A stretch of 64,000 bases of DNA from Acidimicrobiia bacterium. GTDB lineage: Bacteria > Actinomycetota > Acidimicrobiia > Spongiisociales > ZC4RG35. Shown piece after piece: positions 9,801 through 18,777 of the stretch. How positions within the stretch are numbered: position 1 is the stretch's first letter; every line of letters begins with the position of its first letter. Location: assembly GCA_965216905.1 (NCBI GenBank), contig OZ244213.1:2048699-2112698 (forward strand), given 5' to 3'. The position numbers and the translations under genes were made by a program. The notes under the pieces are model-generated. The model ran no database searches. It worked only from the letters and a program-made list of their open reading frames with translations, and had not been told where the DNA came from.

Positions 9801-12800
9801 TGACGGCGATCCGTCGTGTGATGAGGTGAACACGCCGCTGGCGGCGCTGGACATCGTCAAGACGGTGACCTCGGTCACCGGTGGCACGGCCGGAGGCGCG
9901 GTCGATTCGGCCGGCGATGTCATCAACTATCAGGTGGTGGTGACGAACACCGGCGACGTGAACCTGACGCCGCAGATGTCGGACGTCGTCTCGCAGGCCG
10001 GGGTGGGAGGCAACTACAGCCTGGTCGGACCGACCGAGTCGCTCGACGCGGACGGGACGCTGCAGGTCGGTGAGACCTGGACGTTCACCCTGCAGTACGA
10101 GGTGTCCCAGGCCAACATGGACAACGGCGCCAACATCGACAACCAGGCGTGTGCGCTGAACTTCGATCCGGCGGTCGCCCAGGAATGCTCCGACGTGACC
10201 ACCCCGATCGATCAGAACGCCTTGTTGGAGATCGTCAAGTCCGGCACGTTCGACGCCGGGGCCGATGGCTATGCGGATCCGGGTGAGTTGATCACCTATA
10301 CGTTCACCGTCCACAACCGGGGCAACGTGACCTTGACGGGAGTGTCGGTGAGTGATCCGCTGGTCGGCCCGGTGACGTGTTCAGCAGGCACGATCCCGGT
10401 CGGTGGCCAGATCACCTGTTCGGCAACCTACGCCGTGACCCAGGCGGACATCGACGACGGAAGCGTGTACAACCTGGCGACCGCCGATTCGAACGAGTCC
10501 GGTCCCGACGACGACGATCACACCCAGCCGTTGCCGCAGAACCCCGCCATGTCGGTCGACAAGACGGTCGACCAGGCTGAGATCAGCGGTCCGACGACGT
10601 TGACGTACGACATCACGGTGACCAACGACGGGAACGTGACGATGTATCCGTCGATGTCGGATGTGTTGAATGCGTCCGGTGTGAATCAGGCGATCGATCT
10701 GGGTGCTCCGAACGAATCGATGGACGCCGACGGGGCATTGCAGGTCGGGGAGACGTGGACGTTCCAGTTCACGTACGAGGTGACGCAGGCCGACATCGAC
10801 AACGGCACCACCATCCTGAACACGGTGTGTGTCTCGGACACGCCCGATGACGACGACTGCGACAGCGCCACCACGACGATCACCCAATCGCCGAACATCG
10901 TCATCGTCAAGACCTTCACCGACTACGACGACAACGACGGCAACGGTGAGGTGTCGCGGGGTGACCGCCTCTACTACACGTTGACCTCGACCAACACCGG
11001 GAACGTGACGTTGGCGCCCGTCAACGTGGTCGACGACCTGACCAGCGACTCGGCGACCTGTGCGTCGGTGGCCCCGGGTGGCACCTGCGTGTTGGACGTC
11101 ACCTATGTGGTGACCCAGGGCGACGTCGACGCCGGCGAGGTTACGAACATCGGCTCGACCGACGGCACCCCGCCGACCGGTCCTCCGGTGACCGACACCG
11201 ATCCGGAAGCGGTCGACGTTCCCCAGCACCCGGCGTTGCGGGTCGACAAGGTCTATCTGGCCAACGCCGACGAGGACGGAAACGGTGAAGTGTCGCTGGG
11301 TGACACACTCACCTACGCCGTGAAGGCGTTCAACGACGGCAACGTCACCTTGACCAACGTGATCGTCGACGACGATCTGACGGGCGACTCGACGACGTGT
11401 CCTTCGGTGGCGCCGGGTGGCGTATGCACGTTGATCGTCGCCTATGAGGTGACGCAGGGCGATGTCGACGCCGGAAGGATCGACAACACCGGAACCGGCG
11501 ACTCAGATCAGACGCCACCGGACGAAGACGACGAGACGGTGCCCGTCCCGCAACATCCGTCGATCGATGCGTTGAAGGAGTTGGTGTCGAATGCGGATGA
11601 GGATGGGAATGGTGAGGTGTCGCTGGGTGACACGCTCACGTACACCATCACCGCCACCAATGACGGCAACGTGACGTTGACGGATGTGACCGTCGATGAC
11701 GATCTGACGGGGACGGTGGATGCGCCGTGTGCGGCGACGCTGGCTCCGAATGGGTCGTGTTCGGTGGATGTGACGTATGTGGTGACGCAGGCGGATGTGG
11801 ACGCCGGCGAGATCACGAACATCGGGACGACCGAGGGCACTCCGCCGACCGGTCCTCCGGTGACGGACACCGATCCCGAAGAGGTCGACGTTCCGCAGTA
11901 TCCGTCGATCGATGCGTTGAAGGAGTTGGTGTCGAATGCGGATGAGGATGGGAATGGTGAGGTGTCGCTGGGTGACACGCTCACGTACACCATCACCGCC
12001 ACCAATGACGGCAACGTGACGTTGACGGATGTGACCGTCGATGACGATCTGACGGGGACGGTGGATGCGCCGTGTGCGGCGACGCTGGCTCCGAATGGGT
12101 CGTGTTCGGTGGATGTGACGTATGTGGTGACGCAGGCGGATGTGGACGCCGGCGAGATCACGAACATCGGGACGACCGAGGGCACTCCGCCGACCGGTCC
12201 TCCGGTGACGGACACCGATCCCGAAGAGGTCGACGTTCCCCAATATCCGGGCGTCGAGGTGCTGAAGACGGCCGATCCGACCGTGGTCAGCGCGGCCGGC
12301 ACCGACATCGAGTACACGGTGACCGTGGAGAACACCGGCAACGTGACCTTGGATCCGCCGTCGCTGACGGATCTGATCAACGACTCGATTCCGGTCGCAC
12401 TGACCTACCAATCGGGTGATGTCGATGACGATGACCGTTTGGACGTCGGCGAAACGTGGGCGTACTCGGGTTCCTACACGGTCACCCAGGCAGACATGGA
12501 TGCCGGGGTCGACCTGGTGAACGTGGCCTGTGCCGAGGATGTGGACGGTGACGGAGTCGACGAGTGCGGCGATGACACCACCACCATCGACCAGAAGCCG
12601 GCGCACACGCTGGTCAAGACGTTCGTGCCGGACGAGGTCGGTATCGGCGAGATCGGGATCTTCACCCTGGTGTACACCAACAGCGGCAACGTGACGCTGT
12701 CCAACGTCAGCATCACCGACGCGGTGGAGCCGATCCTGGACGTGCAGTCGGTGGCGATCAACGAGGGCACCTGCCCGAACGACGACGGCAACGATCAGAC

Positions 12801-13659
12801 GATCACGTGCTCGGTGGACTCGCTGGCGCCGGGTGAGTCGGTCACCGTGACGGTGACCTACCTGGCGGCGCCGCTGGTCGAAGACCTGGTGCCAGACACC
12901 GGTCAAACGTCGGGTTCGAACTACGTCTTCTACTTCGAGAACGGCTACGTCCTGTACGGGTCGACGGGAGATGGCACCGCCTATCTCATCGACCCCGAAG
13001 GCAACGTCACCGAAGCCGACGTGGAGGGTCGCAATCAGGACATCTACTTCAACGTTCCGTTCGGTGGAGATGGATTCCAGTTGCACCTGTCGTGCTCCGA
13101 GGTGTTCCTCGACGGCTGGGGCGACACCGGCCCGACCGAGCTCGATGATCCCGAGTGGCGGATCGACGCATATCAGGTCCATCGGTTCAACACCAACGGG
13201 TTCTTCAAGGACTGCGGCCAGACGTTCGCACCCTTCGAGGTGGAGAACGAGGCAGAGGCCTCGGCGACGCCGGCCGGAGGAACGCTGGACCCGAATCCGA
13301 TCACTGCGGAGGACACGGTGACGCTGCTCAGCATTGCGCCGATCGAGGTCACCCGACAGCGTGTGCGCCGCGGCGACGTGGAGATCCAGTACTTCAACAC
13401 CGCCTACGAGGAGATCGAGATCGACATCATCAGGGTCGAGTGGACCGATGACTCGGTGCTCGAGAGCGCCTCGTATCAGGACGGTGTCGACCTCGGGCTC
13501 GCCGGCGACTCGCCGCAGCAGGCATCGATCGACACGGTGATGGACGCTCGCAGCAAGGACTGGCTGAAGTTGAGCTTCGACAGCGGAGATGCGCCGGAGG
13601 GGCTGACGGTCACGATCGTCACGTCCACCGGTTCTACGCTGATCTACGAGTTCAGCTGA
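6832..13659 (+). CDS. Giant secreted acidic surface protein with tandem DUF11/DUF7507-like Ig repeats (adhesin-like)
   Basis: Signal peptide ending AVA-A; more than a dozen ~115-aa repeats K...YTIT.TN.GNV.L..V.D...Y.VTQAD.D.G...N; D-x-D-G-N-G Ca-type loops; paired Cys. Confidence 0.9.
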   Translation: MGHSGKTRRFRARIGVLSVISLIATLVPLGTLPAVAAPIPPEAIVLDTGGADDWTNPNRADLSQMGSVDDGTTISVIYSIDDTDLTSGGEEVQGCSLYDTNGNGEVDYALCHTFSDGVIEGPTLYSCTDGFQDKCKNPAEITNHDAVCTTSTAAPDPFADDPDHQAAGGQVAPSPDTDFLVDCEISTTFVGGGSLINVCTYPAGPPNSDAKDCVVAAGDGFLVVNKVATGGDATFDFTIDGSPTQITTSGGTGTTGIIAVAPDTHTVEETAPAGWQLDSASCDNGDDPISVSVTPGQTVTCTFYNSLQAATLTLVKQVVNDYGTPLAADQWTLSAGDALSGTSGVSGEVLPGTYPLSESSSNPAASEYALTSLDCGAGEVTEVTLAAGDDVTCTFVNTFQAAPALGIDKVVTGVDTAGNGVIDAAGDVIDYQITATNDGNIALTNVTVTDPLLGTLDCTPTQPATLAPGESIVCDGSYTVTQADLDDNGGGDGDIDNTATADSDETGPANDSEAVPLSQTASLAIDKTSATTSISEPGTINYTITAWNTGNVTLTGVTVDDPLLGALSCTWPGADGVLPVGDSVAGGGDTVTCTGSYEASQADIDAGEDIVNTAAADSNETGEVTDDHTVTITQTPNADVEKSADVAYYSAVGDVIDYTISVQNTGNVSLSQADVEATLSDELNGVDVTGDLAGPFTDAAGTNPAAGDLAVDGHWYYTYSYTIVEADVADGSSVTNVVCIDVDGDGTEDCSTVETPLAALAIVKTVTAVDGDENGLADSVGDVIEYQIVVTNTGQIDLSPDVTDLLTQSGVELTLDDPPGLVGPDESQGDDGVMEPTETWTYTAQYTVDQANLDDGGSIVNEACALNVDPAVAEVCSDVSTPIVQLPNATISKTADTYYFSAVGDVIDYTLLVQNTGNVSLSEADLDLVDELNGEVVTLDGPFTDAAGTVAATGDLAPLGVWYFTYSYTVDADDIAAGSVGNVVCLDADGDGDPSCDEVNTPLAALDIVKTVTSVTGGTAGGAVDSAGDVINYQVVVTNTGDVNLTPQMSDVVSQAGVGGNYSLVGPTESLDADGTLQVGETWTFTLQYEVSQANMDNGANIDNQACALNFDPAVAQECSDVTTPIDQNALLEIVKSGTFDAGADGYADPGELITYTFTVHNRGNVTLTGVSVSDPLVGPVTCSAGTIPVGGQITCSATYAVTQADIDDGSVYNLATADSNESGPDDDDHTQPLPQNPAMSVDKTVDQAEISGPTTLTYDITVTNDGNVTMYPSMSDVLNASGVNQAIDLGAPNESMDADGALQVGETWTFQFTYEVTQADIDNGTTILNTVCVSDTPDDDDCDSATTTITQSPNIVIVKTFTDYDDNDGNGEVSRGDRLYYTLTSTNTGNVTLAPVNVVDDLTSDSATCASVAPGGTCVLDVTYVVTQGDVDAGEVTNIGSTDGTPPTGPPVTDTDPEAVDVPQHPALRVDKVYLANADEDGNGEVSLGDTLTYAVKAFNDGNVTLTNVIVDDDLTGDSTTCPSVAPGGVCTLIVAYEVTQGDVDAGRIDNTGTGDSDQTPPDEDDETVPVPQHPSIDALKELVSNADEDGNGEVSLGDTLTYTITATNDGNVTLTDVTVDDDLTGTVDAPCAATLAPNGSCSVDVTYVVTQADVDAGEITNIGTTEGTPPTGPPVTDTDPEEVDVPQYPSIDALKELVSNADEDGNGEVSLGDTLTYTITATNDGNVTLTDVTVDDDLTGTVDAPCAATLAPNGSCSVDVTYVVTQADVDAGEITNIGTTEGTPPTGPPVTDTDPEEVDVPQYPGVEVLKTADPTVVSAAGTDIEYTVTVENTGNVTLDPPSLTDLINDSIPVALTYQSGDVDDDDRLDVGETWAYSGSYTVTQADMDAGVDLVNVACAEDVDGDGVDECGDDTTTIDQKPAHTLVKTFVPDEVGIGEIGIFTLVYTNSGNVTLSNVSITDAVEPILDVQSVAINEGTCPNDDGNDQTITCSVDSLAPGESVTVTVTYLAAPLVEDLVPDTGQTSGSNYVFYFENGYVLYGSTGDGTAYLIDPEGNVTEADVEGRNQDIYFNVPFGGDGFQLHLSCSEVFLDGWGDTGPTELDDPEWRIDAYQVHRFNTNGFFKDCGQTFAPFEVENEAEASATPAGGTLDPNPITAEDTVTLLSIAPIEVTRQRVRRGDVEIQYFNTAYEEIEIDIIRVEWTDDSVLESASYQDGVDLGLAGDSPQQASIDTVMDARSKDWLKLSFDSGDAPEGLTVTIVTSTGSTLIYEFS
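11555..12239 (+). repeat. Tandem duplication with 345-bp period (two apparently identical 340-bp copies)
   Basis: 11555-11894 matches 11900-12239 and encodes an identical 115-aa domain. Confidence 0.93.
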
Positions 13660-13677
13660 CATCACCTCGGCCCCAAG

Positions 13678-13711
13678 CAGCGAGACCCCGCCATCCGGCG
13701 GGGTCTCGCTG
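13678..13711 (+). terminator. GC-rich hairpin terminator
   Basis: CAGCGAGACCCCGCC-ATCC-GGCGGGGTCTCGCTG, 15-bp stem after the stop codon; no U tract. Confidence 0.75.
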
Positions 13712-13714
13712 GTC

Positions 13715-14287
13715 ATGGGACTTCAGGACTGGCCTGCTGAGACCGATGCTCTTCGGATCATGTCGCTGATTCTCTCCGCCGCCCTCATCTTTGCCATGCG
13801 TCTGGTCGACGTCAGCCTCGGAACTCTTCGGATCGGAATGGTGGTTCGAGGCAAACGACGCTGGGCCGGGATGCTCGGTTTCGCCGAGTCGATCGTCTGG
13901 GTGCTGGCCGCTCGTCAGGTGCTGGGTGACCTGGACGAACCGCTGACGATGATCTCCTACGCGGCCGGCTACGGGGCCGGAACCATGTTCGGGGCGACCA
14001 TCGAACGGTGGTTGGCCATGGGGAACGTCCTCGTCCGGATCGTGGCGGCCGCCGACACCACCCCCGCCTACGCCCGGCTGCGGGAAGAGGGATTCGGGGT
14101 CACGGTGGTCAACGGTCATGGCCAGGACGGCGAGGTTCGAGTGGCCTTCTCGGTGGTGCCGCGCCGGCACCTCAGCGAGGCGCTCGACATCGTCCACTCG
14201 GTGAGCCCCGAGGCGTTCGTGACCGTCGAGGAGGCGCAGATGGCCGAGCTCGCCACCCGACCCAAGGCGTTCGCGATCAGGAAGTGA
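13715..14287 (+). CDS. UPF0316 (DUF5698/DUF2179) membrane protein
   Basis: RLVDVSLGTLR, GFAES, YAAGYGAG, GFGVT..NGHG, PEAF; start may be 13760. Confidence 0.85.
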   Translation: MGLQDWPAETDALRIMSLILSAALIFAMRLVDVSLGTLRIGMVVRGKRRWAGMLGFAESIVWVLAARQVLGDLDEPLTMISYAAGYGAGTMFGATIERWLAMGNVLVRIVAAADTTPAYARLREEGFGVTVVNGHGQDGEVRVAFSVVPRRHLSEALDIVHSVSPEAFVTVEEAQMAELATRPKAFAIRK

Positions 14288-15173
14288 GCAGCGCCGGCGG
14301 CGGTCGGTAGGTGGCTGTGGCCGGCCTGCCGGCCACGACCTCCACCTCCCAGATCGAAGCCTTCTTGCAGTCGAACCATCCGTTGTCGGACTGCAAGACC
14401 GTCCCCGATCGCTCCAACCGGCGGAGGATCTCCGGGATGTTCTCGCCGTGAGAGCACATCACCACTTCGAGGCCGGCCAGTTCATGGATGGCGGCGATGG
14501 CAGGGTCGACCGGATTCCCTTCCTCGAGGCCGCTGAGGCTCTCGATCGGTCTCGCCAGCCGGTCGGCCAGCGGTTCGACACTCTGCACGCAGCGGTCATA
14601 GGGGGAAGACAGGATCTTGTCGATCCCGAACGGCTCCAGCCGGTCGGCCACCCGGCCGGCCTGAAGACGTCCCTTGTCGGAGAGCGGCCGGGCGGAGTCG
14701 TCGCCCACCCAGCGTTTGCGCGAGCCGGCGTGGGCATGGCGGTACAAGTGGACGCGACCAGACGTGCTCAAGGACTCGAACCGAGCCAGCTCCAACAGTT
14801 CTCGATCTCGGGCGTAGGTGAGCCGGGCGGGAGCCTCGCCCAGCGGAACCCAGGTCAGGGCGTCCACCTCGTCGTTGGGGACGAACGATTCGGAGGCGAC
14901 CGGGCGCATCAGGTAGAAGTCCACCTCCTTGCGGGCCCCGCTCGAAAGCGTGTACTCGACCCGTTCGAGGAACCCGACGATGCGTGGGGTGATGCCGGTT
15001 TCCTCCTCCACCTCGCGGAGGGCAGTCTCCTCGCTGGACTCGCCGTCGTCGGCCTTGCCCTTCGGAAGTGACCAGTCGTCGTACCGTTGACGGTGGATCA
15101 GCGCCACCTCGCGATCGGCTCCAACGCCGCGAACGAGGACGCCCCCGGACGCCCGAACGGTGGCCTCACTCAT
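14277..15173 (-). CDS. mutT1: Nudix hydrolase + histidine-phosphatase domain (MutT1-like)
   Basis: HRQRYDDWSLPKGK; Nudix box GKADDGESSEETALREVEEETG; RHAHAG; CSHG. Confidence 0.9.
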   Translation of the reverse strand: MSEATVRASGGVLVRGVGADREVALIHRQRYDDWSLPKGKADDGESSEETALREVEEETGITPRIVGFLERVEYTLSSGARKEVDFYLMRPVASESFVPNDEVDALTWVPLGEAPARLTYARDRELLELARFESLSTSGRVHLYRHAHAGSRKRWVGDDSARPLSDKGRLQAGRVADRLEPFGIDKILSSPYDRCVQSVEPLADRLARPIESLSGLEEGNPVDPAIAAIHELAGLEVVMCSHGENIPEILRRLERSGTVLQSDNGWFDCKKASIWEVEVVAGRPATATYRPPPALLTS

Positions 15174-15241
15174 TTGGGCCCTCACTCACTTCCGCCGTCA
15201 ACGGCAAGCTGCTCATCGGCAACACTGTATCCGCGATCCGG

Positions 15242-15589
15242 TCACACGAGCCCGATGGCGTGCCGTACCAGCAGCCCGCCGACGATCGCCACCAACCAAC
15301 TGGTCAGCGAGCCGATCAGCACGTACTCGGCGTTGAGATGTGGCTCGGACCCGGTTATCTCCGGGAAACGGAGAATGCTCTTGGCCGTGACGACCAGGGC
15401 CGCCGCCCCAGCCTCACCGGCCACCACCAACGCATAGATGATGAGGCGCTCGAGGACGCCGATCCATCGGCCGGCGCCGTCGGAGATGGCGTCGTGGGAG
15501 GCACGAACCCGGTGCAGCACCCACCGCACCAGGCGGTTGGGCGGGACCGAGACGAGCGCCGCCCCGGCGGCGGTGAGTAGCCAGGTCAT
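15242..15589 (-). CDS. Small membrane protein resembling the C-terminal region of DUF3307-family proteins; SatD partner
   Basis: GRWIGVLER...AKSILRF...EYVLIGSL; ATGA overlap with SatD. Confidence 0.8.
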   Translation of the reverse strand: MTWLLTAAGAALVSVPPNRLVRWVLHRVRASHDAISDGAGRWIGVLERLIIYALVVAGEAGAAALVVTAKSILRFPEITGSEPHLNAEYVLIGSLTSWLVAIVGGLLVRHAIGLV

Positions 15590-16248
15590 GTCGCCGGTTC
15601 CGGGATGGCCGGACGTCGATGCTCGAGAATGGTGTAGAGGCCGTGGGATCGGGCACGGCGGCTGACCGAACTCTTGTTGACCTGGAGCCGTTCGGCGATG
15701 GCCGTGAGCGTCTCACCTCTCGACATGGCATCCAGGATGGCAGCGTCGGTTTCGTCGAGACGGGATATGACCTCGTCCCGCAGCCCGAGGTGGGCGTTCA
15801 GGAGTTCGTCGAGTGCGGAGCCGCTGAGGACGATGGTTCGGCGCGCCGGTGAGTGGCCGTGGGCGCCGGCCTCGGCCCGGATGGCGTCGACTGCTTCCCG
15901 GGCTCGCCACCAGCACGGGCCGTCCTGGTCGTAGGGGATTCGGTCGGGGTTCGAGAACGTCAGCTCACCCCAGCCGATACCGAGCCGGACGTCGGCGTGT
16001 TCGACGAGCTGCACCCGGATCCACAGGGTGGCCTCGACGGCGTGCGAGAGATCGGCGTACAGCGCCTGGAACTCGTCCCCGATGGTGATCTGGAGAGGCT
16101 GGTCGGCCGGGACGAGGTCGTTCACACGGGTCAGCGCTGAACGCAGATGACGTTGCAGATCGGAGCGGGCGAAGGAGTGGCGCGACCCGACGACGTCGCC
16201 GATGACGGCTGCCTGCGGTCGCGGCCCGGTTCCATCACGTTGCTCCAT
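15586..16248 (-). CDS. SatD family protein (cyclase-like palm domain + C-terminal HTH)
   Basis: IGDVVGSR, TIGDEFQ, RLGIGWG, DGPCWWRAR; HTH TLTAIAERLQVNKSSVSRR. Confidence 0.88.
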   Translation of the reverse strand: MEQRDGTGPRPQAAVIGDVVGSRHSFARSDLQRHLRSALTRVNDLVPADQPLQITIGDEFQALYADLSHAVEATLWIRVQLVEHADVRLGIGWGELTFSNPDRIPYDQDGPCWWRAREAVDAIRAEAGAHGHSPARRTIVLSGSALDELLNAHLGLRDEVISRLDETDAAILDAMSRGETLTAIAERLQVNKSSVSRRARSHGLYTILEHRRPAIPEPAT

Positions 16249-16260
16249 GCACGCAACATA

Positions 16261-17046
16261 TCAAATCTTGTCTTGTTGGTGCAACTCTCCGGAGGTTGCG
16301 GTGCGGATGCGACTCAGTAGGGCATGGGTGATTCGTTCGGCGGCGGGATCCAGGAGAGAGTTGTGCCGCGCCGAATCGAGCCACAGCAACGAGCACCCCG
16401 GGCCCAAGGCACGGCGAAGGAGGACTGCGGACGACGGGTGAACGGTCTCATCGGTGCGGGACTGGATGACCAGTGACGGGCGGCGGAGCCGGTGAGCGGT
16501 GCGGTAGGCGTCGACCACCACCCGGAGGAGGTGGCGGGCACTGGAGGTATGGAATCCGGGGTAGGTCAGGTCGAAGGCGGCGAGTTCCTGCGGTGCGGTG
16601 ATGCGACCATCGGCGTCCCAGAGCACCGTCGGCACGGCCCAGGAGGCGAACGGAGCGAGGTACAGGCGCGGATTGCGCACGATCACCGGACTGTTGATGG
16701 TGGTGACGCTGCTGGTGGCGAGGCGGGCCGCCACCTGGATGCCGAGCAGGCCACCCATCGACAGGCCGGCCACGTGGACCCGGTGATGGTCCGACACCGC
16801 CCGCACCGCCAACTCGGCCGAGCGGTACCAATCCCGATGGTCGGTTTGCGCCATGTCGTCGATCGACGTGCCGTGGCCGGCGAGCAGCGGCACGGTGACC
16901 GTGTACCCATGCCGGTGAAGGGCGGTGGCCAGTGGCCGGAAGTGGGCCGGAACCCCGGTGAAGCCGTGGAGGAGCACGACGGCCGATCCGTTGGTTCCGT
17001 CGAGTCGGAACGGAGCGGCCAGCGGATGGAAGAGGTCGGGAATCAT
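16261..17046 (-). CDS. Alpha/beta-fold carboxylesterase / monoacylglycerol lipase-like
   Basis: LHGFTG, GHG, nucleophile GLSMGG, DETV, RH. Confidence 0.9.
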   Translation of the reverse strand: MIPDLFHPLAAPFRLDGTNGSAVVLLHGFTGVPAHFRPLATALHRHGYTVTVPLLAGHGTSIDDMAQTDHRDWYRSAELAVRAVSDHHRVHVAGLSMGGLLGIQVAARLATSSVTTINSPVIVRNPRLYLAPFASWAVPTVLWDADGRITAPQELAAFDLTYPGFHTSSARHLLRVVVDAYRTAHRLRRPSLVIQSRTDETVHPSSAVLLRRALGPGCSLLWLDSARHNSLLDPAAERITHALLSRIRTATSGELHQQDKI

Positions 17047-17421
17047 GGCAACCCAGTTTGCCGGGCCATCCAGCGCCGGCAAGCCGGCTCCTGTCGACTT
17101 CCGTCGTCGCAGCACTCGTGTCTGACGCCGACCGGCAGTCGGTACCAGGCTCGTCGCCGACCTTGAAGTCTGTCGGACTTCCCCGACCCGGCGAATGGGG
17201 TTGGCCGAGCAACGCCGCGATCGATCGGAGGTCAGGATGCGCATCCCAGCCCTCATCGCGTCGAGTGCTGAGCGAGTTGGCTCCCGACACCCGGCGACTT
17301 CGATCGGGGTCGGAGGCTCGCCGACAATATCCATCGTCACGGTCCAGGAGGGCAGGATCCATCCCTTGACGGTTCCCGGTGTTCGAGGAGCGCCACCTGC
17401 TGCGGTAGCGTCCAGGTCGAA

Positions 17422-18537
17422 ATGGAGAACGACGACGTTGGCAGCGAGGCGGCTCCGGAGCGCGCCTATTCGGCGCTGGTTGACCGGATCGGTGATGAGA
17501 TCCTCCGAGCTCAGCGGCGCTTGGTTTCGGAGTCGAACGCCACGGTGGTCGAGTTGTACTGGCAGATTGGGAGGGTGATCGTCGAGTCCCAGAGCGATCA
17601 TGGGTACGGGACAGGTCTGATTCCCCGTCTGTCCAGAGATCTTCGGTCACGATATCCAGGCCAGCGAGGGTTCTCGGTGCGGAACCTCCAGTACATGCGT
17701 GCGTTCGCGTCGGCATGGCCCGATCTCGAGAATGTGCAGCAGCTACTGCGCAATCTGGGTTGGGGCCAGATCCAGCTGTTGTTGGACAAGGTGAGCGATT
17801 CATCGGTGCGGGAGTGGTACGCCCGCCGGTCGGTATCGGGTGGCTGGACGCAGGGCATCCTCGCCGACCGGATCAATGCCCAACTCCACTTGCGAGAAGG
17901 TGCGGCCCCGTCCAACTTCGAGCGGCTCCCAGCCGAGGCCGACCCGAATGTCTTGGACCGATTGGCAACGGATCCCTATCGACTCGACTTCATCGCTTTG
18001 GAGCCGAATGCCGTCGAGCGGCGGTTGGAGGAAGCTTTGGTGTCCCGGATCAGCGAGTTTCTGACCCAGTTGGGTAGCGGCTTTGCCTACATGGGCCGTC
18101 AGCACCAGGTCACCGTAGGTCGTAGCGACTTCTTCCTCGATCTGTTGTTCTACAACACCCACCTTCATTCGTACGTGGTGTTCGAGATCAAGGCGAGACC
18201 GTTCCAGCCGGGGGACATCGGCCAGCTCGGGTTCTACGTCACTGCTATCGACCGTCAGCTTCGCGCCGAGGTCGACGGTCCCACCGTCGGGGTGTTGTTG
18301 GTCACCGACCGAGACGACCTGGTCGTCGAGTACGCGTTGGCCGACTCCAACAACCCGATGACGGTTCCTCGCTACACCTACAACGAGCTCCCAGAGCCGA
18401 TCCGGGCTGAACTGCCCACCATCGCCGAGCTGGAGACGGTCGTGGCCTCGTCCCGACTCGTGTGGGACGTCGAGGCGCCCGACGGATCCATCGACTCCGA
18501 CCAGGAGAGCGAGGCGAACTCTGCAGCCGACGCATAG
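17422..18537 (+). CDS. DUF1016/YhcG PD-(D/E)xK nuclease-like protein
   Basis: LYWQIG, GFSVRNLQYMRAFA, DPYRLDF, LGSGFAYMGRQ, DLLFYN...VVFEIK, GQLGFY. Confidence 0.92.
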   Translation: MENDDVGSEAAPERAYSALVDRIGDEILRAQRRLVSESNATVVELYWQIGRVIVESQSDHGYGTGLIPRLSRDLRSRYPGQRGFSVRNLQYMRAFASAWPDLENVQQLLRNLGWGQIQLLLDKVSDSSVREWYARRSVSGGWTQGILADRINAQLHLREGAAPSNFERLPAEADPNVLDRLATDPYRLDFIALEPNAVERRLEEALVSRISEFLTQLGSGFAYMGRQHQVTVGRSDFFLDLLFYNTHLHSYVVFEIKARPFQPGDIGQLGFYVTAIDRQLRAEVDGPTVGVLLVTDRDDLVVEYALADSNNPMTVPRYTYNELPEPIRAELPTIAELETVVASSRLVWDVEAPDGSIDSDQESEANSAADA

Positions 18538-18777
18538 CGACCCACGCCGTCGATTGGGGGCTCAGATTCGCGTACTGCTGGCAGGCCAGTGTCAGCCCCT
18601 TGTCGTTTGGCCGAACAGGTGGGCGCTGGCGAGGATTATCCGTGACGCCAACCTGTGGCGAGGCGCGCCGAGGCGGGCGATCTGCCGTCCTACTACTGGC
18701 CCCTACGGCCTCCGAGCACGATCACCGGCAGCTCGTGGATCCCCGCCGCTCGCATCGGATCCGACCGGCAGCCTGGG

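Noticed and set aside
17200-17330. Possible PIN-domain fragment (AMRAGMRILTSD, minus strand)
   Set aside because: Too short to support without a search
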